A DNA stretch of 55,727 bases from Saprolegnia diclina VS20 (taxonomy: Eukaryota). Numbering within the stretch: position 1 is the first letter of the stretch; every line of letters starts with the position of its first letter. The notes under the pieces were generated by a model. It made no database searches, had not been told where the DNA came from, and saw nothing but the letters and a program-made list of their open reading frames with translations. Positions 22,743-33,277 of this stretch are shown one piece after another. The stretch is taken from the NCBI RefSeq assembly GCF_000281045.1, contig NW_008246149.1, positions 158,235-213,961 of the forward strand, given 5' to 3'. The position numbers and the translations under genes are program-made.

Positions 22743-23607
22743 TGAGTCATTCGGCGGAATCTTCAACTTGTACTGTCCGGCCAGCATTTGATGAAGGGGA
22801 AGAGGTTTGGTTGGCCTTTAAGCCAATGAGACGATGATTGGCTCACGCCCACGTGACTCACTGCGCTGCGCGTGGGTGTCACCAGGTGAGTCAGGTTGAA
22901 GTTGGGTCACGGCCACACGCAGTAGACTAATCTTTTGCACGTAGGCGGATACCTCGGGGGTTTGCGCAATGGACCCTTCGCTCGCTACCTTCAGCCACTG
23001 ACCAAGTCTCAATAGATGCTCATGCTATGCTATGGCTCGCGTCTCGGTAGGGAGGAAGCGCTGCCGACGCCGATGTTGTTGTGGCAAGTCGAGGTTGCAC
23101 GTGTCAGACAAGCGTCCGGCCATATCCATGTCGTGTGTTTCGCAGAAAGCAGTGCGGGCTCCTTGCGCTGCCCATGAGGGACTGCTCGTTGCTTTTGCGA
23201 ACTTGGGAGATTCTGCGTACGGAAGGCAGCAGGTTGAATATCGCCTCCTACCAGGAAGGGTCATCGGTGCTAATCCTGCTTTGCAGTCGCTGTATTTCCG
23301 AATTCTTATGCTTATTCACATTTCTGAGCGCAGTGTACACAACAAACGAACTCCCTTCCTGTAGATAAGGAGTTTGCAAAGACCGGCGGCTCTCTTGAGT
23401 GCTACCGCTGTGATGACTCAAGGGTAGGACCAATGACTCAGCAACCGGATGACTCACAGCAAATCGGACGGTCCTGGAGTGCCTGGAACTGAGGCTGCCT
23501 TCATTGCACCACCAGCGATATACTAGACGGTGCACACGTTAACTCATCTCAGTGAGAGGTGCGGTGGTCGTTGACAAGGGGCTCGTCCATCCTAGTATAA
23601 TGACTCA
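22743..23607. promoter_or_regulatory. Cluster of seven AP-1/GCN4-type TGA(C/G)TCA sites upstream of the bZIP gene
   Basis: Exact heptamers at 22743, 22854, 22887, 23414, 23434, 23450 and 23601; CCAAT boxes nearby (about 22823, 22838, 23430). Confidence 0.7.
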
Positions 23608-24718
23608 AATCCCATCGAACCACGTCCTAGGCACTCCGGCGACGTGGCGTTAAACGCAAAACCAACTGACGCCTGGGTCAAAATTAGATTACGCAACACA
23701 AGCTGGTCGTTGTCCGACCTTGTCTTGGCCAATGGCAACAAAATGGCTGGTGCGGCGAGGACGAGCCATTATTTGGGAAGCAAAACTATTAATACATGTA
23801 GCAGCACATACGCCTACATATCGCCGGTTGTCCGTGCATTGGGGCATACTCGGCGCCAAGTCGATGGGTGGGCCCGTCATCGCTTCGCTGTCGACGACGT
23901 TCCTGTGTCAACGCTCTCAGCACACCGGACCTCCAGAGTCGGCGTCTCAGCATATTCGCTACGCAAAGGACTATATGCTCACGAAGGGCACTCAGATGAC
24001 CAGAAAACAAGTCTCTCTCGTCGTCCCCGTAGCGTGTGTGCTGGCAGACCTAACATACCGATATCATTGCGCTACGACCTTCGGCGCGTCTGTCCAACGG
24101 AGCAAACCACAAGGGGCTTTTCGCTTCACTAGATTGCCGCTCAAGCACAGTTAATAACGTCGACTATTCGGTAGAAGAAGATCCTCGAGTGTCGTTGCCC
24201 TTTGCAAGGTTGCGTCTTTTTGCATGTACGGGCAATTGACTGCAGCTGCCTCGACACTACAAGTAGTAGTGCTGCTGCCGACTACATTGTCGTATCGGCA
24301 TCTCCTCCCTCAGTGGCATTGGTCGTGGCCTCGAACTCCTTCGCGCCTGCGCCGCTGACATCAGAAACTGGCAATTGGGATGCGTATCAGACGCGCCTTC
24401 CACGCCCCCTCGCCTGCTTCTTCGTGCATGAAGAGATGCGCCGCACCCCGTACGTTGATCTGGTTCATACTCTGCCTGCGTCTGGTCTTTGCTGCAACTG
24501 GTCACACCTGCCTCGTCTTTTCGTGCATTCACTCACGCTGGTGTCTGCGTACGCGCCTCACACGACGCAGCGGCTGCGATTTGCTCCAGAGTGGCAAGCA
24601 CAGTTTAGAGCCAAATTGCATCAATCCCGACTGTGGCGTACTAGTAAAGAGTTTGCAAATTTGAGGCTGGTTCTTATTTGGTAGGCCAGTTTGTTGCTGT
24701 ATTCACCGAGAACGAAGC

Positions 24719-24818
24719 NNNNNNNNNNNNNNNNNNNNNNNNNNNNNNNNNNNNNNNNNNNNNNNNNNNNNNNNNNNNNNNNNNNNNNNNNNNNNNNNNN
24801 NNNNNNNNNNNNNNNNNN
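24719..24818. other. Assembly gap (100 N)
   Basis: Run of N. Confidence 1.
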
Positions 24819-24955
24819 ACACTTGTGTACTACCCTCCGAGGGTCGACTGCACTGAATTTCAAATGCGTTGGTGGAATGGCACGGTATCTTGAAAAAGAT
24901 ACTTTATTGAGGCAGCCTTTCCGACGCGCGTCGTCGACGTTTGGTGCCACCGCGG

Positions 24956-25552
24956 GAGGAAATCCCTTATCTACGCCAAATCACCATATGGTTCCCCACT
25001 ATATTCACGTACCACGTTAGTAATAGGTCTGGTTTACTTGATCAATGTATACTATAGTTAACACTTAGGTCCGGTTGACTTACTTTCATTATACCATTGT
25101 TAACAGCTAGGTCCGATTAACTCACTAAGAGTATACCATAGTCAATAGAGGTTTGAAAACGCCCTGTCGCAACGCCATCTGACAGGGGGAAATGTGACTC
25201 ACAGCACGGTCGCCGCGCTCTGCGGAATGGGTGGGAAATTCCCTTGAAGCAATTGTGCTCGTACGGCAATCGTATATCTGGATAATACGTCAAGTCTACT
25301 CCCGGTCTGGTTCACTTGCATGAAATATAGTATACAAACAAAAGGTAAACAAGACCTCATAGGTAGCAGTCCCATATCTAGAAAATACGTCGAGTCTAGT
25401 ACGGTAAAGTCCCCTCTACTACCCGGTCCGGTTCACTCTATGTTAGTATAGTATACAAACAAAAGGTAAATAAGACCTCATAGGTAGCACTACAAAATGA
25501 AAGACGTAAAACGACAAAGTCATTAAACAGCAAGTGCAAGCAAAGACGAGAT
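24956..25552 (+). repeat. Left TIR (597 bp)
   Basis: Reverse complement of 26893-27601 apart from a 7-bp insertion (CCTTATC), one missing 119-bp unit and at least one substitution. Confidence 0.95.
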
Positions 25553-25649
25553 GCTTGGTCTTCTTGTAGCCGTTGCCCGCCAACTCCATGGTTGTCTTGG
25601 CCTCAATGACGTCGAAGCCCGAGCCCATCGCGACTGGTATCTGGCGGAG

Positions 25650-26110
25650 TCAGGCGAGCTTGAGCATGTGAGCACGGTACGTGTACATGTACTTGTCAGA
25701 AATACGTATGAAGTCGAGCGGATGCAAGCTCATCACAGCGTACATGCAATTAGGGCCGCAATCCCATGCGTTCTTTTGGGACGTCCTTGCCGTATACGGG
25801 CGCCATACTCCGGGTTGCGGGTCGCCTTTCGTGCCAGAGATGCATGTGATCGACTCCTGCATGTACGTTGAGCTGGTAAACAGTGCAGGGTTCTTATTGG
25901 AGTGCATCTGCAAGATACCGATGGTTGCTCTGACGAGTGTGTCAGTAGGGCCGCGGAAACGCATCGAGTCGCCAATCAGTACGCACTGCCCGACGATGTC
26001 GACGTAGACCAAGACCCAGTGTGCGCCGGTGTTTACCGGTACATGCACCAGTACGAGCGAGCATTGAAGCCATGGACGGCCTAACCTTATCGAGAGACGA
26101 TGACGAACGG
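25650..26110 (-). pseudogene. Ulp1/SENP-family (peptidase C48) SUMO-protease fragment inside the MULE
   Basis: VPVNTGAHWVLVYVD...IGDSM...QKNAWDCG carries His, Asp, oxyanion Gln and Cys in C48 order. The 5' part is missing; the frame continues past the TGA at 25650 into the TIR. Confidence 0.85.
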
Positions 26111-26893
26111 CGTTGCCGTCGTGTCAAGCCGATTATCGGGCTTGACGCGTGTCATATGAAAGTCGAGTACACTAAGAGCGGCGTGATCCTCCAGGCCAGT
26201 ACGAAGGACCACAGCGACAACATCCTCGTCGTTGCCCTTGCTCTGGCCTCTGTCGAGAACTACGACCACTGGTCGTGGTTTCTCAAGCAACTCAAGGCTT
26301 TCCTCTTCGGCATGGACCTCGCTCAGTCCTGCTTCCTTTCCGACCGGGACAAAGGTGCCATTTATGTTTACATGTTGTTGTACTACCACCCGTACCCACT
26401 CATTGTCATGCAGGTCTGATGTCGGCGATCAAGAACGCCATGTCAACTACCTGACACCGGTGGTGTATGCGTCACATTGTCGCCAACGTTAGGGCCCGCA
26501 AGCAAGTCGAGGGGAAGTCTGTGCCCGGTATCTCGTTGTCCTTCGAGGAGGAAGGCTACGTGCACATGGCCGCTCGAAGCTCAAGTGCCGACCATCTAGA
26601 AGCCATTTACGCCAAGCTCAAGCATAGACATTTACGCCAAGCTCAAGCACAAGCCTTGTACGTAGTGCCCGATATCTCCCGCATATGTAATACATGTGTA
26701 TTATGTAGTGCTCGTACAATTTCTTCGCGATCTACTAGTCGAGCACTGGGTTACCTACGCCATCGTCGAGTCCGGTGGTCGCTCGTACGACGAGACGGCC
26801 TCCAACATGGCGGAGGCCAGCAACAACAGGCTCGGCGAGGACATTCGCTCCATGGACTCGGTCACGATGTACCACCGATACCTCGAGAAATGA
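26111..26893 (+). pseudogene. MuDRA-type DDE transposase fragment, disabled
   Basis: PIIGLDACHMK (D1), ENYDHWSWFL, SDRDKG/L (D2; intron 26355-26413), HRWCMRH (CxxH), SNMAEASN (E). In-frame TGA at 26452; 25-bp tandem duplication at 26604-26649 shifts the frame; N-terminus missing. Confidence 0.9.
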
Positions 26894-27601
26894 TCTCGTC
26901 TTTGCTTGCACTTGCTGTTTAATGACTTGGTCGTTTTACGTCTTTCATTTTGTAGTGCTACCTATGAGGTCTTATTTACCTTTTGTTTGTATACTATACT
27001 CACTTCAAATGAACCAGACCGGGTAGAAAAAGGGACTACCGTACTAGACTCGACGTATTATCTAGATATGGGACTGCTACCTATGAGGTCTTATTTACCT
27101 TTTGTTTGTATACTATACTAACATAGAGTGAACCGGACCGGGTAGTAGAGGGGACTTTACCGTACTAGACTCGACGTATTTTCTAGATATGGGACTGCTA
27201 CCTATGAGGTCTTGTTTACCTTTTGTTTGTATACTATATTTCATGCAAGTGAACCAGACCGGGAGTAGACTTGACGTATTATCCAGATATACGATTGCCG
27301 TACGAGCACAATTGCTTCAAGGGAATTTCCCACCCATTCCGCAGAGCGCGGCGACCGTGCTGTGAGTCACATTTCCCCCTGTCAGATGGCGTTGCGACAG
27401 GGCGTTTTCAAACCTCTATTGACTATGGTATACTCTTAGTGAGTTAATCGGACCTAGCTGTTAACAATGGTATAATGAAAGTAAGTCAACCGGACCTAAG
27501 TGTTAACTATAGTATACATTGATCAAGTAAACCAGACCTATTACTAACGTGGTACGTGAATATAGTGGGGAACCATATGGTGATTTGGCGTAGATTTCCT
27601 C
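26893..27601 (-). repeat. Right TIR (709 bp) with three ~120-bp tandem units
   Basis: Units start TGCTACCTATGAGGTC at 26956, 27075 and 27196. Confidence 0.95.
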
Positions 27602-27685
27602 GCCACCGCGGACAGAGAAGGTGCACCGGCGCTGGCGGCGATGCAAAAGGTGCTGGCGGTGGCACCGCTATCGACGGCAGTCGCC

Positions 27686-29147
27686 TTAGTCGACGACGCG
27701 ACGGAGCGCGGCAAAGACGCGGTCGACGTCGGCGGCGGTGGTTTGCCAATTGCTAAACGCGGCGCGCATCGCCCACGTGCCGTCGTAGCACGTTGGCGTC
27801 ATGAACGCCTCGCCCGTGTCGCGCAGGCGCTGGAGGAGGTCGAGCATACTCGCTTCGTTTGCCGCCGCCTCGTTAACAAAGGTAAACAAGACAATATTGA
27901 GGCGGACCGGCGCCAAGAGCCGGAGCACGTGCCCGAGCTCGGTCTCGATGCGCGCCCCAAGCGCGCGCGCGCCGTCGACATTTCGCACAACAATGTCGGC
28001 GTGGCCGTCGCGACCGTACGCCGTGATGGCAAACCACGCGGCGAGCGCTCGCCAGCGCCGCGAGTTTTCCGGCGTTAAGTGCACGAAGCTCGGGTTCGTA
28101 CCAATCGCGCCGAGGTACGACGCGGCGGCGTTGGAGAAGACGCGCACTTGAAGATCGCGGCGTCGCGTCAGCTGGATCGCGCTGTCGTAGGGCACGTTGA
28201 GCCACTTGTGGCAGTCGATGCAGATCGAGTCGGCGCCGTCGAGGCCCGCGACGAGGTGCTGCAAGCGTTTGTCGAGAGCGGCAAAGGCTCCAAATGCTCC
28301 GTCGACGTGGAGCCAAAACGTGTACTTTTCCCGCAGCGCCAAAAGCGCGGGGATGTCGTCAAAGTCGCCGCTGTTGACCGTACCCAATGTCGCGACCACG
28401 ATCGACGCCGTCTCGGGTGCTAACGCGAGCTGGACTTCGAGCGCGCTGACGTCCATAGCCTCGCGGTGCGGCAGCACTGGCACGGACGTCACGGCGGCGC
28501 GCCCGAGCCCGAGCATCGAGGCGGCCTTGTGGATGCTCGAGTGCGGTCGCGCGCTGTAGATTGCGATGCGTCCGAGACCGCAGAGCCCGTCGTGACTAAT
28601 ATCGACACCGTGCTGATCGCCGACCCACTCGCGCGCAATCGCGAGTCCGACAAAGTTGGACATGGTCGCACCGGTCACAAACGCCCCGTCGTGCGACGGC
28701 ACGTTAAACCAGTCGGTTAGCGCCCGCACGGTCTTGCGTTCGAGCTCGGGCGCGTCCGAGTCCCAGTGACTTTGCGGATTCTGGTCCACGGCCGACGTGA
28801 GCCAGTCGCCGACCACACTCGCGGGTGTTGCGCCACCAGTGACAAAACCAAGGTACCTAGTCCGTAAGTGCGTCAGACCGAAGTGACGTCGGCAATGGCG
28901 AATACCGTGGCCCCGCACTGCCCGCGAGACGAGGCAGCCACGCCGTTTCAAATTGGTGGAGCGCAGCGGCGGCACCGATGCCGTGGTTGCTGTCGATGGG
29001 GGGCAGCTCACTGGCGCTGGACATCGGCGTTGGGCGGGCGGCTGGCACATCGCTCGGTAAGCGCTGGAGAAAGTCCATGGCCACATCGCGCGCTGCCGCC
29101 GTGAGTGCGGCCAAGTTGGTTTGGTCCGTCGCAAGCAGCGGGTGCAT
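27686..29147 (-). CDS. Group II PLP-dependent amino-acid decarboxylase, bacterial-type (470 aa, 2 exons)
   Basis: Exon 1 29147-28906 (MHPLLATD...SAGPR), 49-nt GT-AG intron 28905-28857, exon 2 YLGFVTGG...FVTGATMSN...HSSIHKA...WLHVDGAFG...DCHKWLNVPYD (PLP lysine). Confidence 0.9.
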
Positions 29148-29528
29148 CGCAAATGACAAAATGAAAGGCTCCATGTCGGCTCCTCGAGCGGAACTGGGAA
29201 CAGAAGTGAGTTCGGTGACCAACATTCTTTTGTTGCACGATCGATACTGCCAGGTTTCCGTTCCTGATTGGGTGCCCGCGAGAAGAGTGATGGCCTTGAA
29301 GTGCCATATTGGTGCCAACGCAGCGCTGACGACGCCCTGTACACGCAGCGACATCATCGTGGCTTCTGCGCCCAACATAGTCGTCTACTATGACGCCATG
29401 CATGCTCTTGCGTATTCTAAAATGGAGTGCATGGAGCTGGTCGACCTCTCCGACGACCCAAGTCCTCTGAACGCGGTGATCACCGTCTGAGCCTGCAACT
29501 GGCATTTGACAAAGAAAAACAGCATGCA

Positions 29529-30773
29529 TTAGCTGGCGTCCCCTTCTGGGTTGAAGTTGGCCGCCGACGCAACTTTAAATTGTTCCAAAATTTTGGTGAT
29601 GAACAATTCGTCGTCGGTCGGTGGTGCGGCCTCGCCGTCCTTGAGCACGATCGCCCAGCTCGCACGCGGTGCAATCGATGCCTTGTCGTCGCCGATGCCG
29701 TAGCCCATGTGACCCGCAAACATGAGTGCCTTGCGCTCCGTCCCATTGTCGTCGAGGGTCACGTCGACCGTGAGGTATCCTGGCGGAATACAGTCACTGT
29801 CGACAAGGGGGTACGGCAGCGTGACTTCCTCGGAAAAAAAGTCGCCAGGCTTCAAGGCGCATAGATCCACATCGGGCTTGATTCGCACCTCGTACAACGT
29901 TCGCTTGTCTCCTTGCCACTCGCCCTTGTCGTTGAAGACACAAAAGACGCTGAGCCAGCCGCTGATGTAGTCGGTGCCCGACCCGGCATGGTGATGGCTG
30001 CAAATGCTGTTCCAGAACGCCACATCGACATCGCCGGTGGCCGATGCAACAAACTGGTCGAGGATCGGCGCCAGGAGCGTCGTCCACTCCTGCATGCGTG
30101 GCCCATACACGGCGAGCTTGTCGAGGCGGTTGCGAATGGCTTTCCAGTCGTCGACGGTGCCGAGCAGTGTCACGTGCGGAATGCCGCAGAGAAAGCCACA
30201 CTTGTAGCTAAAGTACTTCTTCATCGTCGCCATGAGCACGACGCTAGCGACAATCACGTCGTGGTCCGTCGTCGTCGAGAAGGACGGAAGCAACCAGTGC
30301 TTGAGGCTCGGGTCCACGACGTGGTCGTCCATGAGGTCGACCCACTGCGTCGCGAACGCACCAAAGTCGGCCGTCCACAGCGACGCATTGGAGCGGATCG
30401 TGAGCTCCTTCTGGCCGTCGTGCGTCACGAGCAAGTGCCGGAGCTCGTCCGCGTTGGCGACAACGTACAGACCGAATTGCGTGAGAATCGCGAGCCACAC
30501 GTCGTCGGGGCGGAGCACGAGGTCGTGGTGGTTGTTGTATGCTTCCATGACGCCACGGACAAAGCCACTCTCCGAGGCAACAACGGGCCCAAGTTTGCCA
30601 GCTTGGACGATCGTCTTGCAGCCGCCTTTTTTAAATTCAGGCAGGAACGTCACGGGCGAGTCGTCGTCGACGGCGACGCCTTGGCACCGAGTGCGCTCGA
30701 CAGACGCGACGGCGAATGTGACCACCGCAGTTAATTCAAATGTGCACTGGCACATCAGGTTGCCGTTGTGCAT
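29529..30773 (-). CDS. DUF4419-like protein
   Basis: GFVRGVMEAYNNHHDLVLRPDDVWLAILTQF, FSTTT, CGIPHVTLLGTVDDW, YISGWLSVF. Exact start uncertain. Confidence 0.8.
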   Translation of the reverse strand: MHNGNLMCQCTFELTAVVTFAVASVERTRCQGVAVDDDSPVTFLPEFKKGGCKTIVQAGKLGPVVASESGFVRGVMEAYNNHHDLVLRPDDVWLAILTQFGLYVVANADELRHLLVTHDGQKELTIRSNASLWTADFGAFATQWVDLMDDHVVDPSLKHWLLPSFSTTTDHDVIVASVVLMATMKKYFSYKCGFLCGIPHVTLLGTVDDWKAIRNRLDKLAVYGPRMQEWTTLLAPILDQFVASATGDVDVAFWNSICSHHHAGSGTDYISGWLSVFCVFNDKGEWQGDKRTLYEVRIKPDVDLCALKPGDFFSEEVTLPYPLVDSDCIPPGYLTVDVTLDDNGTERKALMFAGHMGYGIGDDKASIAPRASWAIVLKDGEAAPPTDDELFITKILEQFKVASAANFNPEGDAS

Positions 30774-31537
30774 ACATGGCGCAGCGGCAGACTCTACAAC
30801 CCAACAGCACGAGTAACGTTACCGGTGCGAATGCGACAGTAATTCGAACGCGCGTCGATTTTTCGATATGAATGATTTTTCCTGCTCCAATAGTGTACAA
30901 TAATACACATTACTAACTTTACTACACAAAGAAAACTCCCTTTTAAATCTTTAAATCTCCGATCCCGACAGAAGGGCGTTTTTGCGACGACTAAATCGTT
31001 GCAGCGAGACTATTGAGTCGCTGATTGGCCATCAGCGGACATCAGAAAGAGCAATGGACCAAATTGCACTTGCCAAAGGATGCAATTCTCCAAGTTTAAA
31101 CCGATTGGCGCTTGAGAAACTGTGTATCAACTTGATGTTTTTGAAACGGTGGTTTGGTCTAGGCATCTATCAACGACAACCCACGCTGCGAATGTTGCCC
31201 CGCTTTGCTATGGACATCTCGCAGCTTCTTCCATTCCGTGACCTGCATATGAGACAATGTATTTAATCTCGAGTTCCTAGCGCCACGCATTTGATACTTT
31301 ACAAATTTCCTTGATAGAAACTTGAGTGTATCCAGTGTATCCAAGTGGATATTCTCTTGTGGACCGTCGCGACGACAAATGTCTCGCATCCATGCGGGGA
31401 AGGGACAGATTCGGCAATGTTATCTTCGGCAAGCGTGTGTACTAGTTCCGACACAAGCTCGACGTCAACCGAGTGTAGAACGCAACGTGGGGTGCATGTT
31501 GGCCATTTTTAAACTAAGAAACACTAGACATCAAATT

Positions 31538-33277
31538 TTACTTGGACGGGGTAGCCACTTGGAGCTTGAAGCCGAGGATCGAGTCCTTCTTCTCGCCGAC
31601 AATCTGGCTTGTGAGCGACGGGCGCACCGAGTTGAGCCCCGTGTACTCATGGTGGAGCATCGCGGCCCAGCCGTTTTGGCCTTCGCTGTACCGGTGGCCA
31701 TAGACAAAGTACGAGAGGACCGCGAGGCCGACCCAGCCGCAGCACAGACCAATGTCCCGCGCTCCCATCTGCGCAATGAGGTACCAGTTGCACGTGATCG
31801 CGAGCGCCGGCACGAACGGCACGAGCGGCGACCGGTACATGTCGGGCGACCCGACGTTTTGGGGGCAGAGGTAGTAAATCGCAAACGTGATGGCGACGAC
31901 CGCAGCGAGGAGCACCAAGGACGCGACGAGGTATCCGTTCGCAGGCTCGGTCGCAACCACATAACCTTTTTGGAAGAGAAACATCGAGGCGAGCGAGACG
32001 GCCACGAGTGCGCCGGTCAGCTTGTACGCAATCTTCGGCGCGGCCTCGCGGGTCCGGACCAAAATGAGCGCCGAGTTGGTCATGTTGAAGCCGACCAGAA
32101 TACCGAGCGAGACCAAGTTCCAGAGATAGTCGAACGGCACGAGCAGCGCAATGATGGTGAAGAAGATGCCCGTGATCAGCGTGTTCCAGAATAGGTTGCC
32201 TTTCTTGTCGACTTTGCCAAAGATGGGCGGGCAGAGACCGTCGACAGCCATCGCGTACAAGACACGCGGCTGCGCGAGGAACCCGACAAGGACCACGATC
32301 GGCATCGTGCAGACCTCGCCAATGTGCACGATCGTACCTGCCCAGTTGTAGCCTTGGTACTGAAAGCCCGCGGAGAAGTAAAAGCCGTTTGACGGGTTGG
32401 CGTCGTACGGCATCATGCCCGCGAGCGCGAGCGACGCAAAGGAGCTGAGCACCATCGTGCCGAGGATGACGCCAATGACCGCGCGCGGGACCGTCTTGCG
32501 CGGGTTCTTGGCCTCGGCAGCCATGCAGCAGACCTCGTCAAACCCCGTGTACCCAAAGAACGCCTGCGACGCGCCGAGCATGACGCCTTGGACACCAAAC
32601 TGCGAGGCCGCGTCGGCGGTCGCGGGGACAAGCGGCGGCACGAACGGCTTGAAGTTCTCTGGTTGCGTCGCGATGAAGCCGACAATGATGATGAAGAGGA
32701 CGACGCTGATCTTGATCGTCGTCACAACGTTGATGAAATGCTTGCCAAAGCGGATGCCAATCAAAACGATGCTGACGCAGACCGCCATGCAGAGCGCGCC
32801 GAGGAAGCTCGCGCGCGAATCGTTGAGCCAATTTGCCGACGTCGAGCCCTCGGGAAGACCTTCTTTGACCCATTCTTGGACTTTGTCGGCCCACGAGCGC
32901 GCAACGCCGGCCGAGCAAATGCCATACTCGAGCGTCAAGAGCCAGCCAGCGACCACGGCCGGGAGCTCGCCGAGACCGTAGTACGAGTAGGCGTACGTCG
33001 AGCCGGATGACGGCACGAGCGAACTCATTTCCATGTACGCAAAGCCATTGAGAATGCACGAGAAGCCAGCAATGAGCCACGAGAGAAATGCGGCAGCGCC
33101 TGCAGTCTTGCTGATGATGTCGCCGGTCGTCGCAAAGACACCAGAGCCCACGGTAGACCCGACGCCGATGAGGATGAGGTCGACGAGCCCGAGCTCACGC
33201 GGCAGTTCCTCCTTGCGCTCTTCGGCGTCAATGACCTCGATGGGCTTGGTGCGGAACATTGCCGTGAGGAGACCCAT
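31538..33277 (-). CDS. APC-superfamily amino-acid transporter (cationic amino-acid transporter-like), copy 1
   Basis: Intronless 579 aa with about 14 TM; GVGSTVGSGVF, PSSGSTYAY, FFGYTGFDEV, AEAKNP, QPRVLYAMAVDGL, PLVPFVP. Confidence 0.92.
   Translation of the reverse strand: MGLLTAMFRTKPIEVIDAEERKEELPRELGLVDLILIGVGSTVGSGVFATTGDIISKTAGAAAFLSWLIAGFSCILNGFAYMEMSSLVPSSGSTYAYSYYGLGELPAVVAGWLLTLEYGICSAGVARSWADKVQEWVKEGLPEGSTSANWLNDSRASFLGALCMAVCVSIVLIGIRFGKHFINVVTTIKISVVLFIIIVGFIATQPENFKPFVPPLVPATADAASQFGVQGVMLGASQAFFGYTGFDEVCCMAAEAKNPRKTVPRAVIGVILGTMVLSSFASLALAGMMPYDANPSNGFYFSAGFQYQGYNWAGTIVHIGEVCTMPIVVLVGFLAQPRVLYAMAVDGLCPPIFGKVDKKGNLFWNTLITGIFFTIIALLVPFDYLWNLVSLGILVGFNMTNSALILVRTREAAPKIAYKLTGALVAVSLASMFLFQKGYVVATEPANGYLVASLVLLAAVVAITFAIYYLCPQNVGSPDMYRSPLVPFVPALAITCNWYLIAQMGARDIGLCCGWVGLAVLSYFVYGHRYSEGQNGWAAMLHHEYTGLNSVRPSLTSQIVGEKKDSILGFKLQVATPSK

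Larger units (their letters stand above)
24956..27601. mobile_element. Mutator-like DNA transposon (MULE), non-autonomous deletion derivative with long modular TIRs
   Basis: 10-bp direct repeat GCCACCGCGG at 24946-24955 and 27602-27611. Ends GAGGAAATC...GATTTCCTC. Near-identical TIRs; internal MuDRA-like transposase and Ulp1 fragments. Confidence 0.95.

Noticed and set aside
25443..25628. Short ORFs sharing LVFACTCCLMT...LPMRSYLPFVCILY (also 26775..27026 and 26906..27121)
   Set aside because: They arise from reading into the inverted and tandem repeats, not from a peptide family.
26956..27260. ~120-bp tandem repeats resembling a CRISPR array
   Set aside because: The units are similar along their whole length with no unique spacers, they are mirrored in the other TIR, the context is eukaryotic and there are no cas genes.
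27686..29344. 552-aa ORF taken as the full decarboxylase
   Set aside because: Its N-terminal part reads through the intron in the wrong frame. The family-like N-terminus starts at 29147 in another frame.
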